A DNA stretch of 64,000 nucleotides from Lama guanicoe. Lineage: Eukaryota. The notes below the pieces were generated by a model, which did not search any database, was not told the DNA's origin, and saw only the letters and a list, made by a program, of their open reading frames with translations. The stretch is taken from the NCBI GenBank assembly GCA_013239625.1, contig MU053933.1:2195026-2259025 (forward strand), written 5' to 3'. Positions within the stretch are counted from its first letter, which is position 1. Every line of letters begins with the position of its first letter. This document shows, piece after piece, positions 25,275 to 37,329 of the stretch. The position numbers and the translations under genes were made by a program.

Positions 25275-27114
25275 AAACTAGAGAAACTCACAGAAGAGGA
25301 AACAGATTGGAATGTCCTATGTGTCTCAAAGAAAACTCCAGTTTCTTAGAAATTTCTACCAAACATTTAAAGAAGAAAAATGCCCACTCTGTGTCAACTC
25401 TTACAGAAACTGGGAAAGAAGCTTGTCAGCTTCTTTGATGAGGACAATGTTATCCAAAACCAAAGACATCACAGGGAAAGAGGCCTGCAGACCAGTGTCC
25501 TCGTGAAGCCAGACGTGACAATCCCGAACAGGACGTCAGCCAGTCACACCCAGCAACACGGGAGGCAGACAGCACCTCACAGCCGGGTGGGGTTTATCCA
25601 GCACCTCAAGACCAAATCGACACTCAGGAATCAGTCAGTGTGGGTACCAGCTTCCCAATTTCCTGTGAATCTATAACTGCTTCCAAAAAAAGTTTTAAAA
25701 ACTCAGTTAACGTAATTCACCATATTAACAGACTTACGAAGAAAACTGTATAATCATCTCAGTAGATGCGTAAAAAGCATTTCATGAAATCCAACAACCA
25801 TTCGTGGTAAAGTCTCCAGTGACAGAAGGCGAGGAGCCTGAGAAGGCTGATCTAGGACGCCGCAGTGAGCATGAGCCTCAGCAGTGAACACTGAGGTGCC
25901 CCCGCGTTCAGGCATGTGCTGGTTTCTGTGTGTCCCTCCTTGCTCTGCCCGCCACACGGCCTGGGGGAGCGACACTCGCCAGCAGTGAGCACGCCCGGCT
26001 CCAGGTCTGGTTTCTAGAGACCATCACCCACTACAAGGGAGCAGGGCTCCCTGGAGAAGGGGTTGATTCCAGGGGTGCTGGACGGGTCCAAGAGCCAAAC
26101 GGCCTAGATGTCAAAGGTGGGTCATCGTCCCAAAGCTGGAACAATTTGAACAAGAAAATAAATAATGATAACACTGCAGTAGAACGCAATGAAATAAATA
26201 TGCTTTAGTCCACGTTGAAACAAACAGCAGAGCAAACAAGTAAGTAGAGGAGGAGGGGCAGCTCTTCCTCAGAGAAGAACCGTAACTAACAAGCGGAGGT
26301 GGAACGTGGCGCAGAGACGCGCCACCCGCACGCCAGCCGCCACTGCTGGAGGCACCGCCCCCGAGGGGCCTGACACCTCAGGGCAAGCGTTCCAGCAGAA
26401 CCAGGATACTTGCAAAGTCTCAGAGAATCCCCCAAAACTTATTAATTTGGCGGAGAAATCGTCACATCCTCAGCGACAAGACAGGTCAGCACCGTGGACC
26501 CCTGCGTCACCGGGCGCAGTACTTGTGGGTTCTTCCCCCGGGTACGAACGGCCCGAGTCCCATCGTGAGAAACGTCAGGCAAACCCAGGCGGAGAGGCGG
26601 TGTGCAACACACCGCGTCAGCGCCCTGCAGAAGCGTCCCGGCCACAGAAGCCCCGGAAGCTGTGAGCAGCTGTCCCAGACCAGAGCTGATGGGGGGTCTG
26701 ACGGGTGTCCCTGGCGGAACAGAGGGTGGACACGCGGGGGAAGCGGTGAAGCGGGCAGCAGCCTGTCCTTAGTGAGCAGCAACACCCCGACGCTGATTTC
26801 TAAGACCTGGTCGTCGATCTGGGTCACGGGAGATGCTAACGCTGGACAAGGCTGGGGCCGGGGCACGCATGATTTCTCTGTGCCCTTTGTATAATTATTC
26901 CATAAAAGAAACAAACAAAAAAATCATCCCACGAGCTCAAGCCGTTCTGGACCCGCGAAAGTCACGTGTCTGCTCCAAACCTGTCAGGGCACTTGCTTCC
27001 CGCACCCTGTCCTTCACCGCTGTCCCAGAGAAAGGAGAAGGGACACCTGCTCAACTCTCCTTCCATCCCAGGTTCCGTCCCCGTGTCAGCCTCAGAGCAA
27101 GGGCAGCACAGGTT

Positions 27115-27550
27115 AGGGGATGAATCATGTCCCCAAAGGCTACTTCAGCTCCAACCCCCAGTACCTGTGCGTTTAGCCTCACTTGGAAATACTGTCTTTG
27201 CAGATGTAGCCAAGGTAAAATGAGGTCACTGGGGTGGTCCCTAATCCATGCTGACTGGTGTGCATATAAAAAGGGGACATTGGACAGATACACACACACA
27301 CACGGAGAACAACACCCTGTGAAGGCGAAGGCAGAGACTAGGGTGATGCATCTAAAGGCCAGGGAAATGAAAGGTTGCCAGCAGAGCCACAGGAGCTGCA
27401 GGACAGTCTGCAACAGCCTCCCTCAGCCAGGAGGAACCAGCCGGCCCACACCTTGCCCTTGGGCGTCTGACCTCCAGACTGGGAGAGACACGTTTCTGCT
27501 GTGGGAGCTGGTCCCCTGCGGCGCGGTGCCTGCTGCCCTGGGACGCTGAT
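27115..27550 (+). mobile_element. MLT1-type LTR
   Basis: tgaatcatgtcccc...cccagtacctgtg...cttggaaat...gtctttgcagatgta...ccctaatcc...gactggtg...gaaggcagagacta matches MLT1B/C. Confidence 0.75.
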
Positions 27551-27887
27551 CCAGCTCCGCGTCCAGAGCGTGACTCAGCTCATCTTTCTTTACAACCAAA
27601 TAAACCTCCTCTCTGCCACAGAGGCACGCGACCTTGTGCTGCCGGGGCACCCCCGGCCGCGCTCACCCCGACCTGGGGCCGGGATCCAGCCCCGGTTGTG
27701 CGCTCCGCCTCGGCCCCGTGACACGGGCTAAAACAACACGGTAACTGACACTCCGCTCCAGGCTTGCTTTCAGGACTGAAAACAAGTGAAGCCGCCCCAA
27801 GCCAATTTTAGGAGCTTTGGGAGCTGAGCAACTCCTGGAACGAAAACAGTTCCTGCTTGTTCTCTGCACCTGCTCTCGACATCAGCC

Positions 27888-27944
27888 AGGAAGACAGGGG
27901 CGAGGCTTCCCGGGGAAAACACGCTCACCCGGGAGGGAATAAAA
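27888..27944 (+). promoter_or_regulatory. KRTAP10 copy 3 core promoter with variant TATA
   Basis: AGGAAG at 27888-27893 and GGGAGGGAATAAAAG at the position where paralogs have GGGGTATAAAAG. Confidence 0.6.
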
Positions 27945-28030
27945 GCCCAAAGCCTGAGCACCTCACCCACACTCACACCCACACACACTCACCCACACAC
28001 TCACCCTCCTCCAGCCCCACCGCCCCCGCC

Positions 28031-28711
28031 ATGGCCGCGCCCGCCCTGTCCACCTGCTCCGGCGACCTGAGCTACGGCAGCCGGGTCTGCCTGGCCGGTC
28101 CCTGTGACTCCTGCACCGGCTCCTCCTGGCAGGTGGACGACTGCCCAGAGAGCTGCTGCGAGCCCCCCTGCTGCGCCCCGGCCCCCTGCCTGAGCCTCCT
28201 CTGCGCCTCAGCGAGCTGTGAGCCCTGCCCCTGCCCATCTGCCTGCACCAGCTCCTGCACGGCCTTGTGCTGCCCGCAGTCTAGCTGCCAGCCCTCCTGC
28301 TGCACCTCCTCCCCCTGCCAGCAGGACTGCTGTGAGCCTGTGTGCTGCAGGCCCGTGTGCTGCAGGTCCGTGTGCTGCACGCCCGTGTGCTGCAGGCCTG
28401 TCTGCTGCAGGCCCGTGTGCTGCACGCCTGTCTGCTGCAGGCCCGTGTGCTGCAGGCCTGTGTGCTGCACGCCTGTCTGCTGCAGGTCCGTGTGCTGCAG
28501 GCCCGTGTGCTGTGAGCCCACCCCCTGCCCCTCGTCCTGCTGCAGACCCTCCTCCTCCGTGTCCCTGCTCTGCCGCCCCGTGTGCAGACCCGCCTGCTGT
28601 GCCCCCGCCCCCTCCTGCCAGCCCAGCTGCTGCCGCCCGGCCTCCTGCGTGTCCCTGCTCTGCCGCCCCAGGTGCTCCCACCCCACCTGCTGCGTCCCCG
28701 ACTCAGCCTAG
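28031..28711 (+). CDS. KRTAP10: KRTAP10 family gene (copy 3, 226 aa), in TSPEAR intron 1
   Basis: Intact ORF from cccgccATGG with 12 central pentapeptides. The TATA position reads AATAAAA (27938-27944); candidate PAS is CATAAA (29095-29100). Confidence 0.92.
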   Translation: MAAPALSTCSGDLSYGSRVCLAGPCDSCTGSSWQVDDCPESCCEPPCCAPAPCLSLLCASASCEPCPCPSACTSSCTALCCPQSSCQPSCCTSSPCQQDCCEPVCCRPVCCRSVCCTPVCCRPVCCRPVCCTPVCCRPVCCRPVCCTPVCCRSVCCRPVCCEPTPCPSSCCRPSSSVSLLCRPVCRPACCAPAPSCQPSCCRPASCVSLLCRPRCSHPTCCVPDSA

Positions 28712-30449
28712 AAGTCCTGCTGCTGACCGGGCCCGTCCCCCCTGGGCCAGCCGGGCTCAGATCCCACCCTGACTTGGTCCCCAGCTTCTCCCCAGTCGGG
28801 TCCTGACCTGTGTCAAGCGGCTGACCCACTCAGCACAGGGCCAAGTCTGACAGCCACATCCTGGTTTGCTCCAACTCTCAGGCCATTTCCGTGTCTGCAG
28901 TCCAGTCCTTCTCTGAGCTGGAAGGGGTGGAAAAACTCCAAGACCATCTAAATGCTGTGGCTCGGGGGGGGCTCCCAGGAAGCTCCCCTGGCCACGGCCC
29001 CCTGCCAGTTCTGCCTCTTGCGAGGGTGAGCTCAGCCTCCCTCTGTGGTGTCCGTCCCTCAGCTCAGTGACTCTGGACTCTTAAGCAAACCGCCCATAAA
29101 CGCCTGGCCCTGCGCACAGTACGATGTCCGTGTGTTCGTGCGATTATTCCTCAGCTTAACCTCACATCCCCTTTCCCTCCACACACACGCCTCTGCCCTC
29201 CTGCAGGGCCCTGTGCTGTCTCCTTGGCTGGGTCCCGACAGGGGTGCCGAGGGTGGGGTCGGCTTTGCAGCCCGGGGTCACTTGGGCCCTCTCGGGAGCA
29301 CCCTTCCCCCTCCTGCGTGTCATTCACTGAGTAGCTATTTTCCTTGTTTTGACTCTGTAGCCTCCTCCCCGCAGACATTTCCCACGGGGCCTGTGCACAC
29401 AGGGCACCGCTGAACCTCAGGTGGAACTGGGCTTGGCGATGTCTCTCCTGGAGCCCAGAGCCCAAAAAAGTTACACTGAGGTTCCTCATGTCCCGCCAGG
29501 AGCCACTGCTAGGGCTCCTGTTTGGAGAATGTTGGCTGCGTGGGCCAGTCCCCGGGGCAATGGGCGTGTCTCAGGCGGGGCCTGAACTTAGCTGGAGTGT
29601 TTCCCAGAGTGGAAGGAGGCAGACTCAGCTTCAGAGTCAGGGTAGATCTTGAGAAGTCAAAGCGGGGAGTCAGAGGTTGGACTGGAAGAGACAGAGCGCC
29701 CAGACAGGCAGGCAGCCTTCACTTCGGGCCGTCATGCACCTGACTCATCCTCCCCCCGTAAGTCATTAGAAAGTGGGACAAAAGATATGAAACACTTGTT
29801 TTCAGACATTGGCCGACTGATGGTGCGGAGCTTGGGACACAAAGAGGGGAGCCCTGAGATTGCCCCGCTCACTGGCCGAGAGTCTCCCAGACGCAGCACA
29901 AGGGGTGGTGGGCACACGTGATATGCATGGTGGCTTTGCTGAGCTGAAGGGCCTAGAATGAGTTCAAGGAGGCTGAGGCAGCTGGGCTGGTAGGGCAGGC
30001 GCAGGAGAGGAGGGAGAGGTGCAGAGAAAAGCTCCCCGGGGTCCCCTTGAGTTCTTTGCTGAATATGAAGCCCTGCATTCGAAGCTCAGAACCATGGGGC
30101 TGTCAAAAACAACTGCGCGTCACTAAGGTGAACTGTCGCTAGAGCTTACGTGAGGCAGGGGACAGCAGAGTTCCGAACTCCAGAGTGGAGAGAACTCCCG
30201 GGCACCAGAGACACTCAGCACAGACCCAGAGGCGTCACTGCTTAGAAACCCGCCTAGGAGCACGGCTTCCCTGGGTCCGTCCTGACAAAGCTCGGCAGTG
30301 AGCATGGAGGCCAGGGGAGCGTCGGGCCGGCCACAGCGTAACTGCCGGACGGACTCGGGTCCAGCACTCCTCAGAGGGAGGAGACCAGCTGTCGCACCCG
30401 CTGCCGTATTATTTCATTAACGCCCAGCCTTCCATGAAAGATTACTAGG

Positions 30450-32950
30450 TGCGTGAAGAAGAGGAGATGTTACCCACGGCCAAGAGACAAGACGGTCGGG
30501 GGAAGTAAACCCAGAAGTGAGAGTGGGTGGAATTAACAGACAAGGCAGTTAAAACAACCACTATAAGTATGTTCAGGGATTTAGAGGGAAACAGGAACAT
30601 GATGAGCGAGGAGAGGAGTGGAAGCTATGAAGACAGCTCAGTGGAACTCCAAAGAGGAAAAGCGCAGCGCCAGCAACACAACAATAAAACGATGAGCTTA
30701 AAGGGAGATTAGACACTGCGGATAAAGGGTCAGTGACCCCGAAGACATCGCCACAGAAGTTACGCAAACCGAAGGACACAATGAAAAAACGAAAATAAAG
30801 GACTTACAGAGCTTTAGTGAGGTGGGTCTAACATGCATGTAATTACAGTACCTGGGGGGGGGAATGTGGAGTCGGGAAGAGCAGAAAGGATTTTAGGAGA
30901 TAATGGCCAAATATTTCCTGAATTTAATGAAATTATTAAGCATATAGAAAATTTGAAAACCACTAGAAACTAATCTGATCTACTTGGCATTCATACAACA
31001 TGCCATCCCAACAGCAGAATGCACATCTTTTCAAGTGCATATGGAACATTCACCAAGATAAGTCCCATGCTGGCCAAAACAGGTCTCAGTATAGTTAATA
31101 CGACTGAAATCATACAGAGAAGGTTATTTGACCACAAAAGAATCAGAAACTGTCAACAGAAAGATATCTAAAAAAATTTCCAATATTAAGAAATTAAACA
31201 TCACACTTCAGAATAATCCATGAGTCAAAGAAGAAATCAGGATAAAAATTAGGAAATATTTTGAATAAAATAAAAGTGAGCCTTGTGGGATGCAGCTAAC
31301 ATAGTGAATAGAGGGAAGTGCGTAGCTTTAATAACTTAGAGAAGAAGGAAGAACTGAAACCAAAGCTTCTACCTTAAGAAGCAATAAAGAACTTTGGACA
31401 CAGGTTAAACCCAAAAGTAAGCAGAGGGAAGGAAGTAATCCAGAAGTGCAGAAATCCACCAAACAGGAAACGGGCAAGTGAGAGGGAAGATGAATGAAAC
31501 CGAGTTTAGTTGTTTGAAAAGATCAGTAAAGCTGGCTTCACCTCTAAGGAAAAAGGGAGAGAAGAAACAAGCTGCCAACGTCAGGAATGACTTTCTTAAA
31601 GGCGGATCGGCACAGAGGCTGCAGACGTTCAAATAACGAAGTGGGAAGGCAGACAACGTTGTGCTGACGCGCTCGACAACTTAGATGCCTTAGAGGAAAC
31701 AGACAAGCAGCTGGAAAGATGTAAACCACAAAGTAACACAAGGAGCCCTCTATCAATTGAAGATATTAAATTCACAATTAAAAGTCTCCCACGAAGAACA
31801 CGCTGAGTCCAACAGCTTCACTGTTGAAAGTCCTCAGGGACAGACAGAAAAAGCTGATAGAATCCATAGGCGGAGTATCGAGGTTAGAGGATCCAGAACC
31901 CAATTCTCTTTCTACACGGTAGCGGGGAATGGTTGGAAAAGCAGTAAACATACCACTAACTAAAACATTAAAAATGAAACAACAGAGAAACTTAACGTAT
32001 GTGCAAGGTCCAGGCACTAAAAATGACAAATATTGCTGGGGAAAAAAAAGCGGTCCTAGTGACTGCAGACTTGAATTAGGTTATGAATTGACAGGCTTGA
32101 TGTTAAAATGTCAGTCCTTCCAGTTTATCTACAGGCTTGATGCAATTACAATAAAACCCAGCAGACCTTTCTGTAGAAACCAGTGAGCTGATTTTAAAAT
32201 AGATTCTACTCCCCTGAAACAAACAAACAAACAAACAAACAAATATAAAATATATTCTAAAATCTATAGGGAAATGTAAAGGATCTAAATTAGCCAACCA
32301 ATTTTGAAAAAGAAAAACAGAATTGGAAGACTTAACATTGCCTGATTTCAACACTTAATTTAAAGCTAAATTAATCAGACAGTGTGTAACTGGTGTAAAT
32401 AACAAACACAAAAAAAGGGGGCAGAACAGAAGGTCCAGAAGTAGGTCCACGTGTACACATGGTCAGTAGACTTCTTGGCAAGGGAAGTTCAGCAGAACGA
32501 CTCACAGAACATTCAGACATTAACTTGGAATGGATCACAGAACCAACATGAACGTTACAGCCAGGGCGTATTTAGATGGAAGCAGAGGACAAAGTCTGTA
32601 TGACCTTGGACTTAGGTAAAGATTTCTTAGAACCACTGAAGAAAAAGTGATAACACGGATCTGATCAAAATGAAAGATGTCAGCTCTCCGAAAAGCACTG
32701 TTAGGAAAATGAAAAGGCCGCTGACGGGGAGATTTGTGACACCTGCTCCTGACAAGTTGCTGACGTCCCGAACACATGAAGACTGCTTGCGGCTTAACGA
32801 GAAGAACACAATCTGTTTCAGAGCGACGGGCAGAGGTTTTGAACAGGCACATCACTGAAGAAGAGACACAAAAGGCAGGGAAACCGACCCTGCCCTCAGT
32901 CACCAGGAAAACGCGAACATCACGAAACAGGACGCACACCTTGTGGCCCA
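30450..32950 (+). mobile_element. Degraded old L1 (ORF1/ORF2 fragments)
   Basis: A-rich with L1 motifs: ttttcaagtgcatatggaacattcaccaagata and aaaagaaaaacagaattggaagacttaacattgcctgatttc. Confidence 0.7.
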
Positions 32951-34334
32951 GCAGCCCTGCCCCTGGTGTCTACCCCGGGGTCACATGTCCTATGCCGGGT
33001 GCAATGTTTGTCGTGGCTTTATCTGTAGTCACCAACACCCAAACACACTGCAAGGGTGCACGGCTGAGCTGTGTCCACGCGATACAGCACCGCTCAGCGG
33101 CTAAGAAGGCATCAGCTACTGATGCAGACAATGAACGAGACCCACGAACAAAGCCAGAGCGGCGGGACCCCTTCCCGGGATGCCGAGCAGCGGCTGCCAG
33201 ATCCGCGGACAGAGGGCGGTGACGGGACTGGACACAGGGAAGCCCTGGATGGAGGCCGCAGCATGGAGACCTGTTTCAACACCCATCACACTGTACAATT
33301 CCACTGGGAGTACATCATACCCTGACAAAGCTGATTTTAAACAGAAGTGGTGGGTGAGACATGGGTCTGAGGGTGGAGGGACAAATGTGAGCAGGGACCA
33401 ATGCGGACGGGGCACGTGGCATGTGTGGGAGGTGGCTGGGGCCACGGGGGACGAGGCTGAGCCTCCCCAGAGAGAAAGGGGCTCCCTTTTCCCGGACACA
33501 GGCCTCTGGAGAGTGAGGGGCCCACTGCGGGGAAGGCAGTGCCTGGTCCCTGGCGCGGGCTCGAGGGGGGCTGAGTGTGTCTGATCTTCTACAGGCTGGG
33601 GACAGCGTCCACTTTCTGCAGCACTCCCGGCCCCTGCACAAGGGTGACGTCTTGGGGTATTTCTGCCCTTGTTAAAACGAGCTGTCACTTCGTCCCAGTG
33701 CCATCCTCACCTCAGGGTGGGCTGCTGTGGGGCCCTTCAGTGCACAGAGGCCTGACGTGGGGGCTGGCAGGTCACAGGGAGGCCCTGCAGCTGAGACCCC
33801 CATGTCCTTCACACCCCCAGCCGGATCGAACCCTCCCAGATGGGAGCCTCAGGGCACTGCCCGGGTCACTGGGTCCTGCAGGCCCTGCAGCTGCTCCTTA
33901 ATGTTTCGTTCACACATCTCAGATGCTCACTCCCAGAATTATCTGTGGCTGGAGGAGCCCACCCCAGCTCAAAACCATGTGTTTCTCCCCAGGAACACCA
34001 CCACAAGGAAGCAAATCAGGTGAAGTGAGTTTATTCCTCCAGGTGCCTGAGGAGGTGCTGACAGGCTGGAAGTCGAGGCCAAGAGACCCAGGCAGAGAAA
34101 GGGGGAGGGGGGACAGGTGACCCAGAGGCGATGAAGGCACCTCCTGGGAGGCAGGAGCCCCGAGACACAGAGAGGTCTGGGGGTCCTGGGAGCAGGGGTC
34201 AGGTCAGGACAGTGGAGACATAGCAGGACTCTGTCCTGAGTAGGGACAGTCACCAACGCAGGTCAGGACTGGGGAGGCTGTGGACCTAGAGCCCGGCTGG
34301 CCCTGGGGGTCGGGCCCGGTCAGCAGCAGAACTT

Positions 34335-34910
34335 CTAGGCTGAGTCAGGGACGCAGCAGGTGGGGTGGGAGCACCTGGGGCGGCAGAGCAGGGACACGCA
34401 GGAGGCCGGGCGGCAGCAGCTGGGCTGGCAGGAGGGGGCGGGGGCACAGCAGGCGGGTCTGCACACGGGGCGGCAGAGCAGGGACACGGAGGAGGAGGGT
34501 CTGCAGCAGGACGAGGGGCAGGGGGTGGGCTCACAGCACACAGGCCTGCAGCAGACAGGTGTGCAGCACACAGGCCTGCAGCACACAGGCCTGCAGCACA
34601 CGGGCTCACAGCAGTCCTGCTGGCAGGGGGAGGAGGTGCAGCAGGAGGGCTGGCAGCTAGACTGCGGGCAGCACAAGGCCGTGCAGGAGCTGGTGCAGGC
34701 TGATGGGCAGGGGCAGGGTTCACAGCTCGCTGGGGCGCAGAGGAGGCTCAGGCACGGGGCCGGGGCACAGCAGGGGGGCTCACAGCAGCTCTCTGGGCAG
34801 TCGTCCACCTGCCAGGAGGAGCCGGTGCAGGAGTCACAGGGACTGGGCAGGCAGACCCGGCTGCTGTAGCTCAGGTCGCCGGAGCAGGTGGACAGGGCGG
34901 GCGTGGCCAT
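34335..34910 (-). CDS. KRTAP10: KRTAP10 family gene (copy 4, 191 aa), in TSPEAR intron 1
   Basis: MATPALSTCSGDLSYSSRVCLPSPCDSC... with 5 central pentapeptides. TATAAAA at 34995-35001; AATAAA at 34030-34035 (minus). Confidence 0.93.
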   Translation of the reverse strand: MATPALSTCSGDLSYSSRVCLPSPCDSCTGSSWQVDDCPESCCEPPCCAPAPCLSLLCAPASCEPCPCPSACTSSCTALCCPQSSCQPSCCTSSPCQQDCCEPVCCRPVCCRPVCCTPVCCRPVCCEPTPCPSSCCRPSSSVSLLCRPVCRPACCAPAPSCQPSCCRPASCVSLLCRPRCSHPTCCVPDSA

Positions 34911-34994
34911 GGTGGGGGTGGTGGGGCTGGAGGAGGGTGAGTGTGTGAGTGAGAGTGTGTGAGTGTGAATGTGTGAGGTGTTCAGGCTGTCGGC

Positions 34995-35070
34995 TTTTAT
35001 ACCCCTCCTCTGTGTTGTGTGTTGTGTGTTGTGTGTTTTCACAGCAGAGGCTCCCACACCCTCCCTTCCT
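34995..35070 (-). promoter_or_regulatory. KRTAP10 copy 4 core promoter
   Basis: AAGGAAG at ~35070-35065 and GGGGTATAAAAG at ~35001. Confidence 0.72.
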
Positions 35071-35952
35071 TGTTGGTGTTTGGAACCCAGAGAGCTCTCA
35101 TTAGTGCCAGTTTTTGTTTATTTCTGAAATGTTGCTCAGCTTATAACACTACTGAGTGCATTTCGAGGTCTGTTGATGCAGCCTATGCGACTTTCGGTCC
35201 AGAACATAACACCGAGGTGGAAAGGGAACGTGTCTGCAACAGTGTGTCCTAAGTCCATCTGGCCTGGCCGGGGCCTGGGACCGCCGTGCACACACCCGGG
35301 GGCCTCCCTACCTGGGCGACCCCGGCGTCACAGTGCCGGGCTGGGGAAGCCCTGTCAAGAAGGGTGCGAGGCCAAACTTTCCTAATGTGATTCCTCAGCT
35401 CCCTCTGGTGCAGGGAGCTTCCTTGACGGCGTGGTGCAGGTGGCGAACAGGGGAAGGTGGGACAGCGGGACGGCAGCAGCGCTGTTCCCCTGGGTGGGCA
35501 GCACACGCCCCGCCTTCATCCACCCCCTCGGTGAGACGCAGGTCCGCATCTGTCTGCTGGCCCCCACCGCCGTGCACACTTACTCCGAACCTGCAAAACC
35601 GTGCGTGTGAACCAGAGCGCCCTTCCCCTCCCTGCAGAAGCACAGCCACCTCACAAAGCCTCCACAGAGAACCAAAGACTGTTTTATGTTTCCTGTTTGT
35701 TTTCTTGATTGTTAATTGAACGTGTCCTCGGGTCACCCCAGCCAGAACCCCCCAAATCCTCCAAGCTTCTCCCTTCCTCCTCAAAAAAATATCCAAGTGG
35801 CCATTGAAATGTGGATCTTCTCTGGTCCTTTACTTGCCAAATGTGAATTCAGTCACTGCGCCACAATTCCTGCCTGTGACAAATGCCAGCCTTGGGAGTG
35901 CAAATTCGACAGGTGGAGCCCGAGCTGCCAGCCTGGGAGAGGCGGGCTCTTG

Positions 35953-36127
35953 TTTGTTTGCTTTGTTTTTTAATCTTTGGTTTTATGGGGGGGGGCGCGT
36001 AATTAGGTGTCTTTCTTTCTTTCTTTGTCTATTTATTTATTTATTTTAATGGAGGTTCTGGGAATTGAACCCAGGACCTCGTGCATGCTAAGCACGTGCT
36101 CTACCACTGAGCCACACCCTCCCCGCA
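35953..36127 (-). mobile_element. Vic-1-like tRNA-derived SINE
   Basis: gggaattgaacccaggacctcgtgcatgctaagcacgtgctctaccactgagc, flanked by aggc(g/a)ggctcttg duplication. Confidence 0.85.
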
Positions 36128-37329
36128 AGGCAGGCTCTTGGTACCCGTGATGTGTGTGGTGGCCAGGCATAGCCTCACGTGCATTGGTCCCAGAAGAGCG
36201 CCTTGTCACCCCAGTGGGAGGATTCAGGGAGGGAGGTGGTGTGTGTAACACTCTCGCTCAATCTGGGGGCTCAAATTCTCACCCTTCCTGGCACTTCTGT
36301 GTTTCCAACAGTGGGGCTCTGCCCAGGCCTCTCAACTTCTAGGAAATCTATGAAAGGCAAGCCAGGGTTCTAGGATTTCAGTCAAATTGTGAGCTGAGTT
36401 GTCTGTCTTTATATTTTGAGTTATAAAAGTAAGGCACCTTTGAGCCTGGCTTCTTGTGCTCAGCTCCTGGCCCCTCTGGAAATACAGGAAGGGACTGCAT
36501 AGACTAGGAGTGCATGGGAGAGAGAGAGAGGATGAAGACGGGGGAGGGGAGGAAAGGGGGATGACTGTGGCCATCTATGACAAGGTAGCTTGTGTCAGAT
36601 ATACTCCTGCTAAGAATAACTTGAAAAGATGGATAAAATACAAACATCTGCTTAAATCTTTGGAAAGCTACTGGATAAAACTGAGAATTGAGGGGCAAAC
36701 ATTCTGGAGACGAGGGAACTTCAGAGCAGTGAGCCAGCATTCTCCGATGGCTTTTCCCTTAAGTGCAACTGATGAATCTTGGCATTGGGTGCAAGGAGGA
36801 GAAAAGTGGCAGAAGGCCGCAACTAAGATACAGAGAAACCAGCAGACCTTCTGGGATCTCATGGGGCTGGAGAAAATTATGTGGGAGTTTGTGACTGTGG
36901 TGGCAGCAAGGACTCAAGGGGACAAGATTCCAGACAAACAAGAGGCACCAAGAAGATCTCCAGAGTTGGAGGTTGAACCCTGAAGGCGTTTGCCAGGTTT
37001 TCATGCTATGCAGGGCAAGTACTAAGAAGGCCAGCAGGAAGCCATTAAAAAGCCAAGCAGAGTTTTTCCAATCTCATTACCAAGTAGATAAAAGCCAGAG
37101 TAGAGACAAGCCAAGGAAGACTAGCTCTCCTCCTCCTCCTCCTCCAGACATAGACCCGAGCTTACAGGGACCGCCTCTCAGCCTGACATCAATAAAAATC
37201 TTCTGCCCCCACTCAAGCCATCTGCCGGAGGATGAGGTGAATCTCTCAGAAGAAGAGAAACTCATTCAGAGCATCTACAATTTTTCATACACAATGTCAA
37301 ACATTCAACCAAGGATGACAGTCATGCCA

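Noticed and set aside
28218..28772. Ala/Pro-rich alternative-frame ORFs overlapping the KRTAP genes
   Set aside because: Frame-shifted readings of the GC-rich repeat; the listed starts are not in a credible context.
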